Positions 28,355 to 39,312 of a stretch of DNA of 64,000 nt are shown here, piece by piece; position 1 is the stretch's first letter, and each line of letters starts with the position of its first letter. Below the pieces are notes generated by a model. That model had not been told where the DNA came from. It saw only the letters and a program-made list of their open reading frames with translations, and ran no database searches. Origin of the DNA: an uncultured bacterium (GTDB lineage Bacteria > Fidelibacterota > UBA2242); NCBI GenBank assembly GCA_964588795.1, contig CAZPQN010000002.1, positions 48,477 through 112,476 of the forward strand, read 5' to 3'. The translations under genes and the position numbers were made by a program.

Positions 28355-30370
28355 ATGCCCAACCCATTTAAAAAAATCAGAATCAAGACTCTCTGCGTCG
28401 TAGGATTGCTGGTATTTGCCTGGTGCGTGTTGATAGGTCGTCTGTTTTTTATCCAAATCATCGATGCTAAAACCTACCAGGCGAAGTGTAATAACCAGGC
28501 AAATCTTAAAAAAGAGACTAAGCCGCTACGGGGAACGATCTATGACCGCAATGGTAAAGCCTTGACGATTGACGTGGTCAACTTTTCGATTGCCGCTCAT
28601 CCTTATCTGATCAGAAACAAAACTGAATTAGCCATGCATCTCAGCCAGGACCTGAAGGGCAACGCCGAAAAATATCAGTCCTTGCTCAGTTCTGATAAAA
28701 CTTTTGTCTGGCTGGAAAAAAATGTCACTCTGGCCCAGTTCCAGAACTTTGAATATTATGAAAAGTATCCCGGACTGGCGATTGAAAAGAAAATCACTCG
28801 TTATTATCCTCTGGGAGAAGTGGCAGGTCAGTTGTTGGGTTTTACGGATGTTGACAATCGCGGCATCGGCGGTTTGGAACTGCAGTTCGAGAATATATTA
28901 GGTGGCGTTCCCGGTTGGGTTACGGTGCAGCGCGATGGGTGGGGACGCTATTTTAACCGTCCTGACCTGCCTTCGAAAGAGTGCATTGATGGCAATGACC
29001 TGACTTTGACCATTGATCAGGAATACCAGAATATCCTGCATGAAGAAATTGCTTTAGCATATACGCGCAACAAAGCCGATAAAGCTTTGGGAATCGTTAT
29101 CAATCCCAATACTGGCGAAATCTTAGCCATGGCCAATGTGCCAGCTTTCGATCCCAATAAACCTTCAGAATATCCACTTTCTGCCCAACGGAATGCGGTA
29201 ATCTCGGATATTTTTGAACCGGGCTCAGCCTTCAAAGTAGTTACCGCTACCGCCGCCCTTGAAAATCGAGTCCTGCAGACTAACCGTAAAATTGATTGTA
29301 ATCCGGGTTATATTCAGGTCAGCAACCGCATCATCCACGACCATAACCGGTACCAAATCTTAACGTTTGCCGAGGTGATTCAGAACAGCAGCAATGTCGG
29401 AACAATTAAAGTTGCACAAATGGTTGGTCGGGAAAACCTATTTGGGTTCATTCGAAAATATGGATTCGGAGCGAAGACAAATATCGCTTTCCCCGGCGAA
29501 GAGAATGGTATTCTGCATTCCCTTAAAAATTGGACTGATCTGACATTAGCCCAGGTAGCTATTGGGCAGGGTGTGAGCGTCACGGCTCTGCAGTTAGCTT
29601 TTGCCTATGCGGCAATTGCCAATGGCGGACTCCTTCTGAAACCACAACTAATAAAATGTATCAAGTCCAAAGACGGTCTCACTATTTACGAAACCAGGCC
29701 GTCTTTTATTCGCCGGGTCGCCAGCGCGGAAACGATGTCACAATTGCGGGAATTACTGCGCCTGACAGTTCGTCAGGGTACGGGAAAATTTGCCAACATC
29801 AATGGGCTGGCGATCGCCGGAAAAACCGGTACATCTCAGAAAGTTATTGGGAAAATATACAGTCAGACTGATTATATGGCAACATTCGTAGGTTTTTTCC
29901 CGGCCAATCGTCCAAAATTACTATGCGTTGTCGTTCTTGATAATCCCAAGGGAGCGGTGCACACCGGCGGAGGGGCAGCGGCTCCCGTAGTTCGCGAAAT
30001 ATTTAAACGGATAGTGAATCAGTCGGATGAATTGTTTTTCGAAGAACCCGAAACGCCGCCTGTCACACAGCCACCGACTAACTTAGTCCTGGAATCTAAA
30101 CCAACCAGCAGTTTACCAGGTAATCATGAGGCTCCGACCAGCGGTTTCCGCACAGCCCTTTCCTCGATAAATCAATCTTCCCGGATGCCAGATTTGTACG
30201 GAAAAACTCTGCGTCAGGCATTAGCGATTTTGCAACAGACGGGGCTGGAAAAAATCGAAGTCGAGGGCACGGGCGTGGTCGTATCCCAGAATCCCCCGGC
30301 TTGTACGCCCGTACATGCCGGTACTGCATGCCGGCTTATTCTCGAATCGTCAGGGAGTCTGTTTGAGTAA
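28355..30370 (+). CDS. ftsI: Class B penicillin-binding protein with PASTA domain
   Basis: RGTIYDRNG, EPGSAFK (SxxK), SSN, KTG motifs. Confidence 0.95.
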   Translation: MPNPFKKIRIKTLCVVGLLVFAWCVLIGRLFFIQIIDAKTYQAKCNNQANLKKETKPLRGTIYDRNGKALTIDVVNFSIAAHPYLIRNKTELAMHLSQDLKGNAEKYQSLLSSDKTFVWLEKNVTLAQFQNFEYYEKYPGLAIEKKITRYYPLGEVAGQLLGFTDVDNRGIGGLELQFENILGGVPGWVTVQRDGWGRYFNRPDLPSKECIDGNDLTLTIDQEYQNILHEEIALAYTRNKADKALGIVINPNTGEILAMANVPAFDPNKPSEYPLSAQRNAVISDIFEPGSAFKVVTATAALENRVLQTNRKIDCNPGYIQVSNRIIHDHNRYQILTFAEVIQNSSNVGTIKVAQMVGRENLFGFIRKYGFGAKTNIAFPGEENGILHSLKNWTDLTLAQVAIGQGVSVTALQLAFAYAAIANGGLLLKPQLIKCIKSKDGLTIYETRPSFIRRVASAETMSQLRELLRLTVRQGTGKFANINGLAIAGKTGTSQKVIGKIYSQTDYMATFVGFFPANRPKLLCVVVLDNPKGAVHTGGGAAAPVVREIFKRIVNQSDELFFEEPETPPVTQPPTNLVLESKPTSSLPGNHEAPTSGFRTALSSINQSSRMPDLYGKTLRQALAILQQTGLEKIEVEGTGVVVSQNPPACTPVHAGTACRLILESSGSLFE

Positions 30371-31826
30371 GAACTTATTATCCGTACTGAAAGGAATCAC
30401 CTATACCCAGAGCGGTGTTCTGCCCGAAAAGATTGAGAAAATTACCTGCAGTTCAAAAGATACCGTTCCCGGAGCATTATTTTTTGCTATCCGGGGAGAA
30501 AACGCTGACGGTCACAATTTTATAACGGAAGCAATCAACAACGGCGCCTGCGCATTGGTCGTTGAGGAAATAGTCGAACCGACTCGGGTTCCCCAGATCA
30601 TCGTCAGCGACACCAAGGCTGCCCTCTCACGTGCCGCCGCTAATTTTTTCAATCATCCAACCCAGACCATGACCATCGTTGGAGTAACAGGCACTAACGG
30701 CAAAACGACGACTGTTTACCTGCTGAATCATATCCTGATCACCGCCGGTCATCGTTGCGGTACGGTGGGCACGCTGGGCTATTCCATCAATGACCAGTGG
30801 TTTCCATCCAATCTGACCACTCCGGACAGCATTACAATCCAGAGTATTTTCGCCAAGATGCATGCCGAAAATGTAAGTGTGGCGGTGATGGAGGTTTCTT
30901 CCCATTCTCTGGCTTTGCACCGGGTGGCAGATATTCGGTTCCAGGGTGGAGTTTTTACCAATATTTCCCAAGATCATCTCGATTTCCATAAATCCCTGAC
31001 CGATTATGCGCAGACCAAAGTGCGCCTCTTTCAAATCGTTGAGCCTTCCGGTTTCCTGGTCTACAACCGCGATGATCATTATGCTCCAATTTTCATGCAG
31101 GCGGCTAAAGCTCGTGCATACTCGTTTTCATTAAGCCCCAAAGCCGATTATTACTGGTTGTCCGGTGTTGAGTTCAATAATGGAATTTCGGGAACTATAC
31201 ATACCCCCACCCAAAATATCGCTATCACCAGCAAGCTCTCCGGAGAGTTCAATCTCAGGAATATACTCGGCGTTGTGGCCGTTGCGGAAAATTTAGAGAT
31301 TGCACCGGCTATCATTCAAAAATCGCTGGCAGAAGTGCCATTCATTCCGGGACGCCTGCAGGAAATATCCCAAAGCGGGCAACCGCGTGTTTTTATTGAT
31401 TACGCCCATACACCGGATGCCATTAGCAATGTCCTGAAAACTCTGAGAAGCATGGTGATTGCTGGTGGTCACCTGATCGTTGTTTTCGGCTGTGGCGGCA
31501 ATCGTGATAAAAGCAAGCGTCCGTTGATGGCTCAGGCTGTCGAGAAATTTGCCGAGTTGGCGATTGTAACGACCGATAATCCGCGTTTCGAGGAGCCGCA
31601 TTCCATCATGCAGGACATTATCCCGGGCTTTTCTAAAAGCTATCACTATCTTTTAGTCGAAGATCGTCGCGAGGCAATCCGGCAAGCGCTTATTCTGGCT
31701 CAACCTTTGGATATAGTGGCTATCCTCGGTAAAGGTCACGAACCCTACCAGGAAATTAAAGGTGTGCGACACCCGTTTCATGATAGTATTATTGTAAAGG
31801 AATATTTCAATGCCGCCGGTTCTTGA
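30363..31826 (+). CDS. murE: UDP-MurNAc-tripeptide synthetase (meso-DAP type)
   Basis: GVTGTNGKTT, MEVSSH, DYAHTPDA, DNPR; TTG start at 30363 preferred (SD GGGAG). Confidence 0.96.
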   Translation: MSKNLLSVLKGITYTQSGVLPEKIEKITCSSKDTVPGALFFAIRGENADGHNFITEAINNGACALVVEEIVEPTRVPQIIVSDTKAALSRAAANFFNHPTQTMTIVGVTGTNGKTTTVYLLNHILITAGHRCGTVGTLGYSINDQWFPSNLTTPDSITIQSIFAKMHAENVSVAVMEVSSHSLALHRVADIRFQGGVFTNISQDHLDFHKSLTDYAQTKVRLFQIVEPSGFLVYNRDDHYAPIFMQAAKARAYSFSLSPKADYYWLSGVEFNNGISGTIHTPTQNIAITSKLSGEFNLRNILGVVAVAENLEIAPAIIQKSLAEVPFIPGRLQEISQSGQPRVFIDYAHTPDAISNVLKTLRSMVIAGGHLIVVFGCGGNRDKSKRPLMAQAVEKFAELAIVTTDNPRFEEPHSIMQDIIPGFSKSYHYLLVEDRREAIRQALILAQPLDIVAILGKGHEPYQEIKGVRHPFHDSIIVKEYFNAAGS

Positions 31827-33168
31827 CGCAAATTTCATCCGGGCAATCGGACTCGGTCGGTTGGTCAACTTTGAAGGTACTCTTCAAGGGGCGGTAATTG
31901 ACAGCCGGAAAATTCGTCCCGGCCTGGCTTTCTTTGCCCTGCGAGGCGAGAATGAGGATGGCCATTTGTACGTCGACAAGGCACTGGTTGCCGGCGGCAG
32001 TCTGGCAGTCGTAGCATCAAACTGGTCCGGAACAGCTGAGCATAATTGGCCGTTGTGGATCGTACCCGATCCTGAACAAGCCTTACAAGCGCTGGCCGAG
32101 CGCTGGAGAGTGCAATTTAATATCCCCTTCCTGGCCATAACCGGCACCAATGGTAAAACCACAACCCGGGCAATGTGCGCGGCAGTTGTAGGCACGCAAT
32201 ACAATTTGCATTCGACCAGCGGAAATTTGAATAATCAGCTGGGTCTGCCATTGACTCTCCTCGACCTGACTTCAGGGCATCAGTTTAGTCTTTTGGAGAT
32301 GGGTACCAATCATTTTGGCGAGATCGCATCCTTATGTCAGATCGCCCACCCGACTGCAGGACTGATAACCAATATCGGGCATGGACATCTTGAGTTCTTC
32401 GGCTCGATCGATGGAGTCCGGCGGGCAAAGGCGGAACTGTTTGAACGACTTCCGTCGGACGGGATCGCTTTCGTCAATACTGACGATGAAAATATTAAGC
32501 GGATTCCAATATCCCAAAAGAGATTCACGTTCGGGTTTAATTCCCATAGCAATGACGTCAACGCCCGTCTGATAAGCTTTGACGAAAATGCCTGCCCGCA
32601 AATTGAAGTCAACGGGCAATTCGAAATAAAATTAAAGGTTAGTGGTTACCCCGCCGCTCAAAATGCCTTAGCGGCAGTGGCAGTTGGTTTATATTATCAA
32701 ATCGCTCCGGAAAATATCAAAGCCGCTCTGGAGAACTTTACGGCGATTAATCAAAGGTTTATAGTGCAGACTGACGGGCCCTGCCGAATCATCAATGATG
32801 CCTACAATGCCAACCCCGATTCGACGCTCGCGGCTTTGCGGACTTTCCAGTTGATGAAACTGAATGGACGACGGATATTTATCATGGGCGATATGCGGGA
32901 GCTGGGTGATTTCAGCCTTGCCGGCCACGTAATGGTCGGTGAAGCGGTGGCCGCGATGGGAATAGATGCTTTTTATGGCGTCGGTGAATTGACGAAAAAA
33001 GCGATCGAATCGGCCTATGCCTCAGGATTGCGCGAGGCGCGTCATTTCCCGGATAAAACGGCACTGGTCGCTCATCTGCATCGTACCCTGGACCCTGAAG
33101 ACACTGTCTTAGTCAAGGGATCACGCGGCAGTCGTATGGAAGAGGTCATTACCAAACTTAAAGGTTAA
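31810..33168 (+). CDS. murF: UDP-MurNAc-tripeptide--D-Ala-D-Ala ligase
   Basis: ITGTNGKTTT, NNQLGLP, NDAYNANP, VKGSRG. Confidence 0.97.
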   Translation: MPPVLDANFIRAIGLGRLVNFEGTLQGAVIDSRKIRPGLAFFALRGENEDGHLYVDKALVAGGSLAVVASNWSGTAEHNWPLWIVPDPEQALQALAERWRVQFNIPFLAITGTNGKTTTRAMCAAVVGTQYNLHSTSGNLNNQLGLPLTLLDLTSGHQFSLLEMGTNHFGEIASLCQIAHPTAGLITNIGHGHLEFFGSIDGVRRAKAELFERLPSDGIAFVNTDDENIKRIPISQKRFTFGFNSHSNDVNARLISFDENACPQIEVNGQFEIKLKVSGYPAAQNALAAVAVGLYYQIAPENIKAALENFTAINQRFIVQTDGPCRIINDAYNANPDSTLAALRTFQLMKLNGRRIFIMGDMRELGDFSLAGHVMVGEAVAAMGIDAFYGVGELTKKAIESAYASGLREARHFPDKTALVAHLHRTLDPEDTVLVKGSRGSRMEEVITKLKG

Positions 33169-33169
33169 C

Positions 33170-34273
33170 ATGTTTTATCATTTTCTCTATCCGTTAAAAA
33201 ATCTCTTCTCAGGATTCAATCTTTTCCAATATATCACTTTCCGTGCGGCGATGGCCGCGATTACAGCGCTTTTGATCAGTTTTCTCATCGGGCCTTATAT
33301 TTTGAAAAAACTGCATCTCTATCAGATCGGAGAATTGATACGGGAAGACGGTCCGCAGACTCATTTGTCAAAAAAAGGGACACCGACAATGGGAGGTCTA
33401 ATTATTCTTTTCTCCGTGCTGGTGCCGGTTCTGCTATGGGCCAATTTGCGCAATACCTATATCAACTTGGTGCTGCTTAGCACAGTCTGGATGGGCGTCA
33501 TTGGTTTTCTGGATGATTATCTGAAAGTAATCAAGAAACTGAAAAAAGGGCTGATTGCCCGCTATAAATTGATCGGACAGGTCACCTTGGGACTGCTGAT
33601 TGGAGCTTACCTGACGTTTTCTCCGGAGCTAGGCGGGATCAACACCGTGACCTCAGTTCCGTTTCTGAAAGACACATTGATCGATTTGGGCTGGCTCTAC
33701 ATTCCTTTCATTGTCATCTTTATCACCGGAATTTCCAACGCGGTCAACCTCACCGATGGACTGGATGGTTTGGCGGCAGGATTAATGGGAATTGTAGCTT
33801 TGACCTTTGCCGTGATTGCTTACGTATCGGGCAGAGTAGATTTCAGTGATTATCTGAATACGATTTACCTGCCTGGTGCCGGTGAGCTGACGGTTTACTG
33901 CATGACTTTCGCGGGAGCAATTCTTGGTTTTTTGTGGTTCAATAGCAAACCTGCTCAGGTTTTTATGGGAGACACAGGTTCATTGGCTATGGGCACGGCG
34001 ATTGCGACGTTAGCAGTGCTCCTCAGAAAGGAAATTCTATTCTTCATCCTCGGGGCGATATTCATTGCCGAGGCACTTTCCGTCATGTTACAGGTTACTT
34101 ATTTCAAATGGACGAAAAAGCGGACGGGTACCGGTCGGCGCATTTTTAAAATGGCACCCCTGCACCATCATTTCGAAATGCAAGGCCTCGATGAAAGCAA
34201 GATCGTCATTCGTTTCTGGATTATCGGAATACTTTTAGCGATTTTCAGTTTAAGCAGTTTCAAAATTCTATGA
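33170..34273 (+). CDS. mraY: Phospho-N-acetylmuramoyl-pentapeptide transferase
   Basis: KKGTPTMGG, NLTDGLDGL, FMGDTGS, APLHHHFE. Confidence 0.99.
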   Translation: MFYHFLYPLKNLFSGFNLFQYITFRAAMAAITALLISFLIGPYILKKLHLYQIGELIREDGPQTHLSKKGTPTMGGLIILFSVLVPVLLWANLRNTYINLVLLSTVWMGVIGFLDDYLKVIKKLKKGLIARYKLIGQVTLGLLIGAYLTFSPELGGINTVTSVPFLKDTLIDLGWLYIPFIVIFITGISNAVNLTDGLDGLAAGLMGIVALTFAVIAYVSGRVDFSDYLNTIYLPGAGELTVYCMTFAGAILGFLWFNSKPAQVFMGDTGSLAMGTAIATLAVLLRKEILFFILGAIFIAEALSVMLQVTYFKWTKKRTGTGRRIFKMAPLHHHFEMQGLDESKIVIRFWIIGILLAIFSLSSFKIL

Positions 34274-35670
34274 TCAACTTGACTTCTATCCCTTTTACCC
34301 TCGCGGGTCAAAAAATTACCGTCTTAGGCGCGAGACGCAGTGGAATATATGCCGCGCTCTTAGCCCGGTCAAAAGGTGCGCAGGTTCTGTTATCGGATAT
34401 CGAAACCGTGACAATTGATGACCGCTTAGCATTAGCCTTAGCGGTAGCCGGCGTAAAAATCGAAACCGGCGGTCATTCTCCAGCGGCCCAGGACTGTGAT
34501 TTGGCCGTCCTCAGTCCGGGTATTCCCAATAATGCGCCAATTTTACAATCACTTGCCGAGAAACGCATACCAGTAATTGCGGAAGTCGAATTAGCATATT
34601 GGTTCTGCCCGACAGCGGACATCATCGCGGTCACAGGCTCAAACGGGAAAACCACTACCACGACCCTGATCCAGGCTCTTTTCAAGGGCACCGCTTACGA
34701 ACCTTATTGCGGCGGCAATATTGGTACAGCTTTCAGTCAACTGATATTGGAAGCGGAAAAGTCCTTGCATCCCCGAAAAATATTCATTCTCGAGCTGAGC
34801 AGTTTTCAACTCGAAAAGATCGTGCATTTCCGCCCCAAAGTCAGCGTCATTTTGAATATCACGCCCGATCACATGGATCGTTACGAACACAGTATGGAAT
34901 TATACCTGTCGGCCAAATTACGCATTACCAGGAACCAACAAAAAAACGACTATTACGTTTACAATGATGACGATGCTCTGCTTCTTTCGCACCTGCCACA
35001 GAATTGTACCCTTATCCCGGCGGGACTCTATTCATCATCGGCTAAACGCTTCTTGGTTGATCCGCAGAGAATTTTTTCAGATACGAATCAAACCATCATC
35101 GAGCGAGAGCGACTGGCGATTCTTGGTGAACATAACCTCTATAACATTCTCGCGGCCCTGAACACCGCCTGGTTATTCGGACTGGATGTCACACACCTGA
35201 CCCAGACTCTGACAGATTTCCGACCGATCGAACACCGGCTCGAATATGTTGCGACCATTAAAGGTGTAGAATATTACAATGATTCCAAAGCGACTAATAC
35301 CGATGCAGTCAATTATGCCCTGCGGAGTTTTCAAAAACCGATCGTTCTGATCCTTGGTGGTAAAGACAAGGATTCCGATTTCTCCTTGCTGATCCCAGAA
35401 ATCAAACGGCATGTCCGGGAAGTAATCCTCATCGGCAAGGCCGCGTCTAAAATAAAAGCAGCCCTAGCCGGGGTAGTACGCTTGCACGAAGCCGGTTATT
35501 CGATGCCCAAAGCGCTGGAAATTGCCCGGGCGATCGCGCAGGTGGGCGATGTCGTATTACTGTCTCCCGCCTGTGCCAGTTTCGATATGTTTGACAATTA
35601 TGAGCATCGCGGTCAGGTTTTTAAAGAAATCGTCATGCATTTAGCCCAGGAGACCGGCAATGCAGGTTAA
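34270..35670 (+). CDS. murD: UDP-MurNAc-L-Ala--D-Glu ligase
   Basis: VTGSNGKTTT, ELSSFQL, NDSKATN, SPACASFD. Confidence 0.98.
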   Translation: MINLTSIPFTLAGQKITVLGARRSGIYAALLARSKGAQVLLSDIETVTIDDRLALALAVAGVKIETGGHSPAAQDCDLAVLSPGIPNNAPILQSLAEKRIPVIAEVELAYWFCPTADIIAVTGSNGKTTTTTLIQALFKGTAYEPYCGGNIGTAFSQLILEAEKSLHPRKIFILELSSFQLEKIVHFRPKVSVILNITPDHMDRYEHSMELYLSAKLRITRNQQKNDYYVYNDDDALLLSHLPQNCTLIPAGLYSSSAKRFLVDPQRIFSDTNQTIIERERLAILGEHNLYNILAALNTAWLFGLDVTHLTQTLTDFRPIEHRLEYVATIKGVEYYNDSKATNTDAVNYALRSFQKPIVLILGGKDKDSDFSLLIPEIKRHVREVILIGKAASKIKAALAGVVRLHEAGYSMPKALEIARAIAQVGDVVLLSPACASFDMFDNYEHRGQVFKEIVMHLAQETGNAG

Positions 35671-36802
35671 TCTCAATACCGGTAAAATTGACCAGAAATT
35701 TCTGTTTGCGTTTTTGTTTTTGCTGGGATTGGGCATTGTTTTTCAATATAGCGCCAGTTCTTCGCTGGGTGCGGCAAAATTTGATGACTCGACCTTTTAC
35801 GTTCGCGGTCAGGTCATCAGGATTACCATTGGTTTATTGTTTGGGGCGTTTTTCGTTTTCCTGAAATATCAGCATCTGAAGCCCGCCGCGTTCTGGATTG
35901 CTTTAGCGGCGATCTTCTTCCTGATCCTTACGCTGGTCATGCATAAAATCAATGGTGGTCTGTCGACTGCCCGCTGGTTTTCAATTGGGGGATTCAATTT
36001 TCAGCCGTCAGAATTCGCCAAGCTGGCGTTGATTATTTACATCTCTTCCTTTCTGGAACGCCATCAAAAACATCTGGGTGATTTCAAACGCGGATTCATT
36101 CCTCCAGCTCTGATGATTCTGAGCATGGTATTTTTAATCATTATCGAACCAAATTATAGTACCGGAGCAGTTTTTTCCCTGTTCGGATTTTTAGTGCTTT
36201 TCATCGGCGGTACAAGGTTACTGCACTTCACTCCCTTTGGGGTCTTGTTTGTATTAGGCTCAGTGTTTACCATATTACATTCACCATACAAGCTCCGGCG
36301 CATCCTGACTTTCATGGCCCCGCAAGCGGACTTGCAAGGAGCTGGTTATCAAATCCACCAATCAATCATCACTTTGGGTAACGGCGGCTTTTTCGGACGC
36401 GGTCTGGGTGGAAGCGTCGAGAAAAACCTGTTTCTTCCGGATCCACATACTGATTTCATCTTTTCGGTTGTAGGTGAAGAGTTTGGCTTCCTCGGAACGG
36501 TCGTGTTGCTGAGTCTGTACCTCTTTCTGTTCATTCGTGGTATTCAGATCGCCCTCCGCGCTCCCGATATTTTTGGTAATCTGCTCGGAGTCGGCCTGTC
36601 GGCTTGCCTGTTCATTTACGTCCTTATCAATGTGGGTGTGACCTGCGGACTCTTGCCGGTAACGGGATTGCCCTTACCGTTTATCAGCTACGGTGGTTCA
36701 TCAATGATTTTCAACTTCGCTGTCATCGGTATTCTTTTGAATATCTCCAAGCATGCGATACCTAAAAATAAAACCTTAAAACTGGTAGTGACCAATGACT
36801 AA
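35660..36802 (+). CDS. ftsW: SEDS peptidoglycan polymerase FtsW
   Basis: FQPSEFAK, HTDFIF, LPFISYGGSS. Confidence 0.96.
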   Translation: MQVNLNTGKIDQKFLFAFLFLLGLGIVFQYSASSSLGAAKFDDSTFYVRGQVIRITIGLLFGAFFVFLKYQHLKPAAFWIALAAIFFLILTLVMHKINGGLSTARWFSIGGFNFQPSEFAKLALIIYISSFLERHQKHLGDFKRGFIPPALMILSMVFLIIIEPNYSTGAVFSLFGFLVLFIGGTRLLHFTPFGVLFVLGSVFTILHSPYKLRRILTFMAPQADLQGAGYQIHQSIITLGNGGFFGRGLGGSVEKNLFLPDPHTDFIFSVVGEEFGFLGTVVLLSLYLFLFIRGIQIALRAPDIFGNLLGVGLSACLFIYVLINVGVTCGLLPVTGLPLPFISYGGSSMIFNFAVIGILLNISKHAIPKNKTLKLVVTND

Positions 36803-37940
36803 TACCGACCAGGCCGCAAAATTCAAAATCCTGATCTGTGGCGGTGGAACGGGCGGACATTTGTACCCAGCTATCGCCCTGGTAGAAGAGCTAAAAAGTC
36901 GGGAACCTGAACTGGGCAAGATTGAATTCACCTTTATCGGCACGCGGCGCGGTTTAGAATACAAAGTTCTCCGCACTCTGGGCTATGATCTCCGGACTAT
37001 CTGGATCCGCGGTTGGCAAAGAGGCTGGACACCACGTGATATGCTGATTAATTGCTTATTCCCCCTCCGATTAATCGTCAGTTTCGTACAATCGTACCTT
37101 ATCATCAGACAAATCCAACCTGAATTGGCGATTGGAACTGGTGGGTACACCGCCGGTCCTCCTTTGCGGATCGCCGCCTGGTTGGGCATTCCTTATGTTC
37201 TGCATGAACAGAATGTCTTTCCCGGTGCCACTACCCGTCTGTTGGCCAAGCACGCCCAACGCGTTTATACGTCTTTCTCTGAATCCCAGGCCTATTTTGA
37301 ACAGTCGGTATGTTTCGGAACGCCCCTGCGCCGATCTCTTAAACATATTCGACAGGATCAGGCGCAGTACTATTTCGATCTGGAGCCGGGAAGAAAGACT
37401 ATCCTGATTTTCGGTGGTAGTCAGGGCTCGCAGGCTATTAATAATTACTGGGCGGAAAATATCTACTCCCTGCTCGAAAAAGGCAACTGCCAGTTCATCT
37501 GGCAGACTGGACAGAGAGATTACGAAACGCTGAAAACTATTTTCGACGATAATCCTGTGGTTCATATTACACCTTTTATTCATGAAATGGGGATTGCCTA
37601 TTGCGCAGCGGACTTAGTCGTGAGTCGTTCAGGCGCCATTTCACTGGCTGAACTCTGCCTGTACGGCAAGCCGGCAGTATTGATTCCACTCCCAACCTCC
37701 GCCGGCAATCACCAGGAACTTAACGCCCGCAGTATGGAAAAAAACGGAGCCGCAGTCGTGGTTCTGCAAAGCGAGCTTACAGGAACACGATTAGAGCAGG
37801 CGATAGTCGAAATACTGAACGACGAAAATAGACTGTCGGCGATGAAAGAAGCCGCCCTGCGCTTAGCTCAACCGGATTCAGCCCGGCTGATAATCGACGA
37901 TATCATTAAAATAATCAAAAAAGATGCACAACCAGAATAG
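36795..37940 (+). CDS. murG: Lipid II GlcNAc transferase
   Basis: GGGTGGH, HEQN, GGSQGS, HQELNA. Confidence 0.98.
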   Translation: MTNTDQAAKFKILICGGGTGGHLYPAIALVEELKSREPELGKIEFTFIGTRRGLEYKVLRTLGYDLRTIWIRGWQRGWTPRDMLINCLFPLRLIVSFVQSYLIIRQIQPELAIGTGGYTAGPPLRIAAWLGIPYVLHEQNVFPGATTRLLAKHAQRVYTSFSESQAYFEQSVCFGTPLRRSLKHIRQDQAQYYFDLEPGRKTILIFGGSQGSQAINNYWAENIYSLLEKGNCQFIWQTGQRDYETLKTIFDDNPVVHITPFIHEMGIAYCAADLVVSRSGAISLAELCLYGKPAVLIPLPTSAGNHQELNARSMEKNGAAVVVLQSELTGTRLEQAIVEILNDENRLSAMKEAALRLAQPDSARLIIDDIIKIIKKDAQPE

Positions 37941-39312
37941 ACATTACCACTTTATCGGTATTGGTGGAATCGGTATGAGCGGTTTAGCCGAGCTTTTATT
38001 ACACTGGGGATACCGGGTGACCGGCACGGATTTGCTAATGTCCGAAAACACCGCGCGTCTGGTGCAACTGGGCGCCGACATAAAATCAGGGCACGATCGA
38101 AATTATCTTCCGCCCTGTGATGTCGTGGTCTATTCTGCCGCGGTAAAACCGGATAATCCGGAACTACAGGAGGCACGCGCTCGCAATTTAAAAACCATCC
38201 GCCGGGCAGAATTGTTAGGCGAAATTTTTGCCCTGAAAAAACAGCGGATTGCCGTCAGCGGGACGCACGGTAAGACCACCACGACTGCCATGACGGGAGC
38301 AGTTTTAACCGCCGCCGGATGCGATCCGAGTATCATCACGGGTGGCGTCCTGAAAACCAAGGACAGTCCTCTGCAGGTCGGACAAGGAGATTATATCGTG
38401 GCGGAAGCTGATGAATTCGACCGCAGTTTTCTGCAGTTAAGACCGACTCACACGATTATCACGACGATCGAGGCTGAGCATTTAGATTGTTACGCTTCTT
38501 TAGATGACATCAAGCAGACCTTTATTCAGTTTGCGGAATATGTGCCACGAGACGGTAAAATCATCCTTTGCGGGGACGAAAGCGAAGTGCGCTCCATCCT
38601 GCCCTCGCTGACCAAGCCTTGTCTCGTTTACGGACTGGCCGCCGATAATACGCTGACGGCTACCAACCTCTGTTTGGACGAATTACAGTCGGAATTCAGA
38701 GTGAGCTATGCCGGAAAGTCTGTAGGCCAGGTCCGTCTGCAGGTGCCGGGCAGACATAATATTAAAAACGCTTTGGCGGCAATAGGCTTGGGATTGACCT
38801 ACGATTTACCATTCAGGGCTATTGCCGATGGGCTGAGCGCTTTTCGAGGAGTCAAACGGCGCTTTGAGGTGCTATTGCAGACCGATGAACTGATGCTTGT
38901 TGACGACTATGCTCATCACCCAACAGAAATAGCGGCAACCCTGCAGGCGGCACGGCAAGGCTGGAAGCAACGTCGGCTAATCGCTGTTTTTCAGCCGCAT
39001 TTGTTTACTCGTACTCGTGATTTCTACCCTGATTTTGCCCGGGTACTGCAAGGTGCTGACATCGTGTTACTACTCGATGTCTATCCCGCACGCGAATTAC
39101 CGCTGACCGGGATCAGCAGTCAGTTGATTTTTGACGAAATGCGTAAAGCCAATTTTGGTCAGGTGTATTTTGTCCATGATCGCCAGACAGCGGTCCGACA
39201 ATTTTTTAGCCTCCATCAGCCCGGTGATATGTTAGTGACATTGGGCGCCGGAGATGTCAACAAAATGCATCAGGAAATAATTGCCAATCGGCATAATCTT
39301 GAAGACAAATGA
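37924..39312 (+). CDS. murC: UDP-MurNAc--L-alanine ligase
   Basis: IGIGGIGMSG, GTHGKTTT, EADEFD, DDYAHHPTE. Confidence 0.98.
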   Translation: MHNQNRHYHFIGIGGIGMSGLAELLLHWGYRVTGTDLLMSENTARLVQLGADIKSGHDRNYLPPCDVVVYSAAVKPDNPELQEARARNLKTIRRAELLGEIFALKKQRIAVSGTHGKTTTTAMTGAVLTAAGCDPSIITGGVLKTKDSPLQVGQGDYIVAEADEFDRSFLQLRPTHTIITTIEAEHLDCYASLDDIKQTFIQFAEYVPRDGKIILCGDESEVRSILPSLTKPCLVYGLAADNTLTATNLCLDELQSEFRVSYAGKSVGQVRLQVPGRHNIKNALAAIGLGLTYDLPFRAIADGLSAFRGVKRRFEVLLQTDELMLVDDYAHHPTEIAATLQAARQGWKQRRLIAVFQPHLFTRTRDFYPDFARVLQGADIVLLLDVYPARELPLTGISSQLIFDEMRKANFGQVYFVHDRQTAVRQFFSLHQPGDMLVTLGAGDVNKMHQEIIANRHNLEDK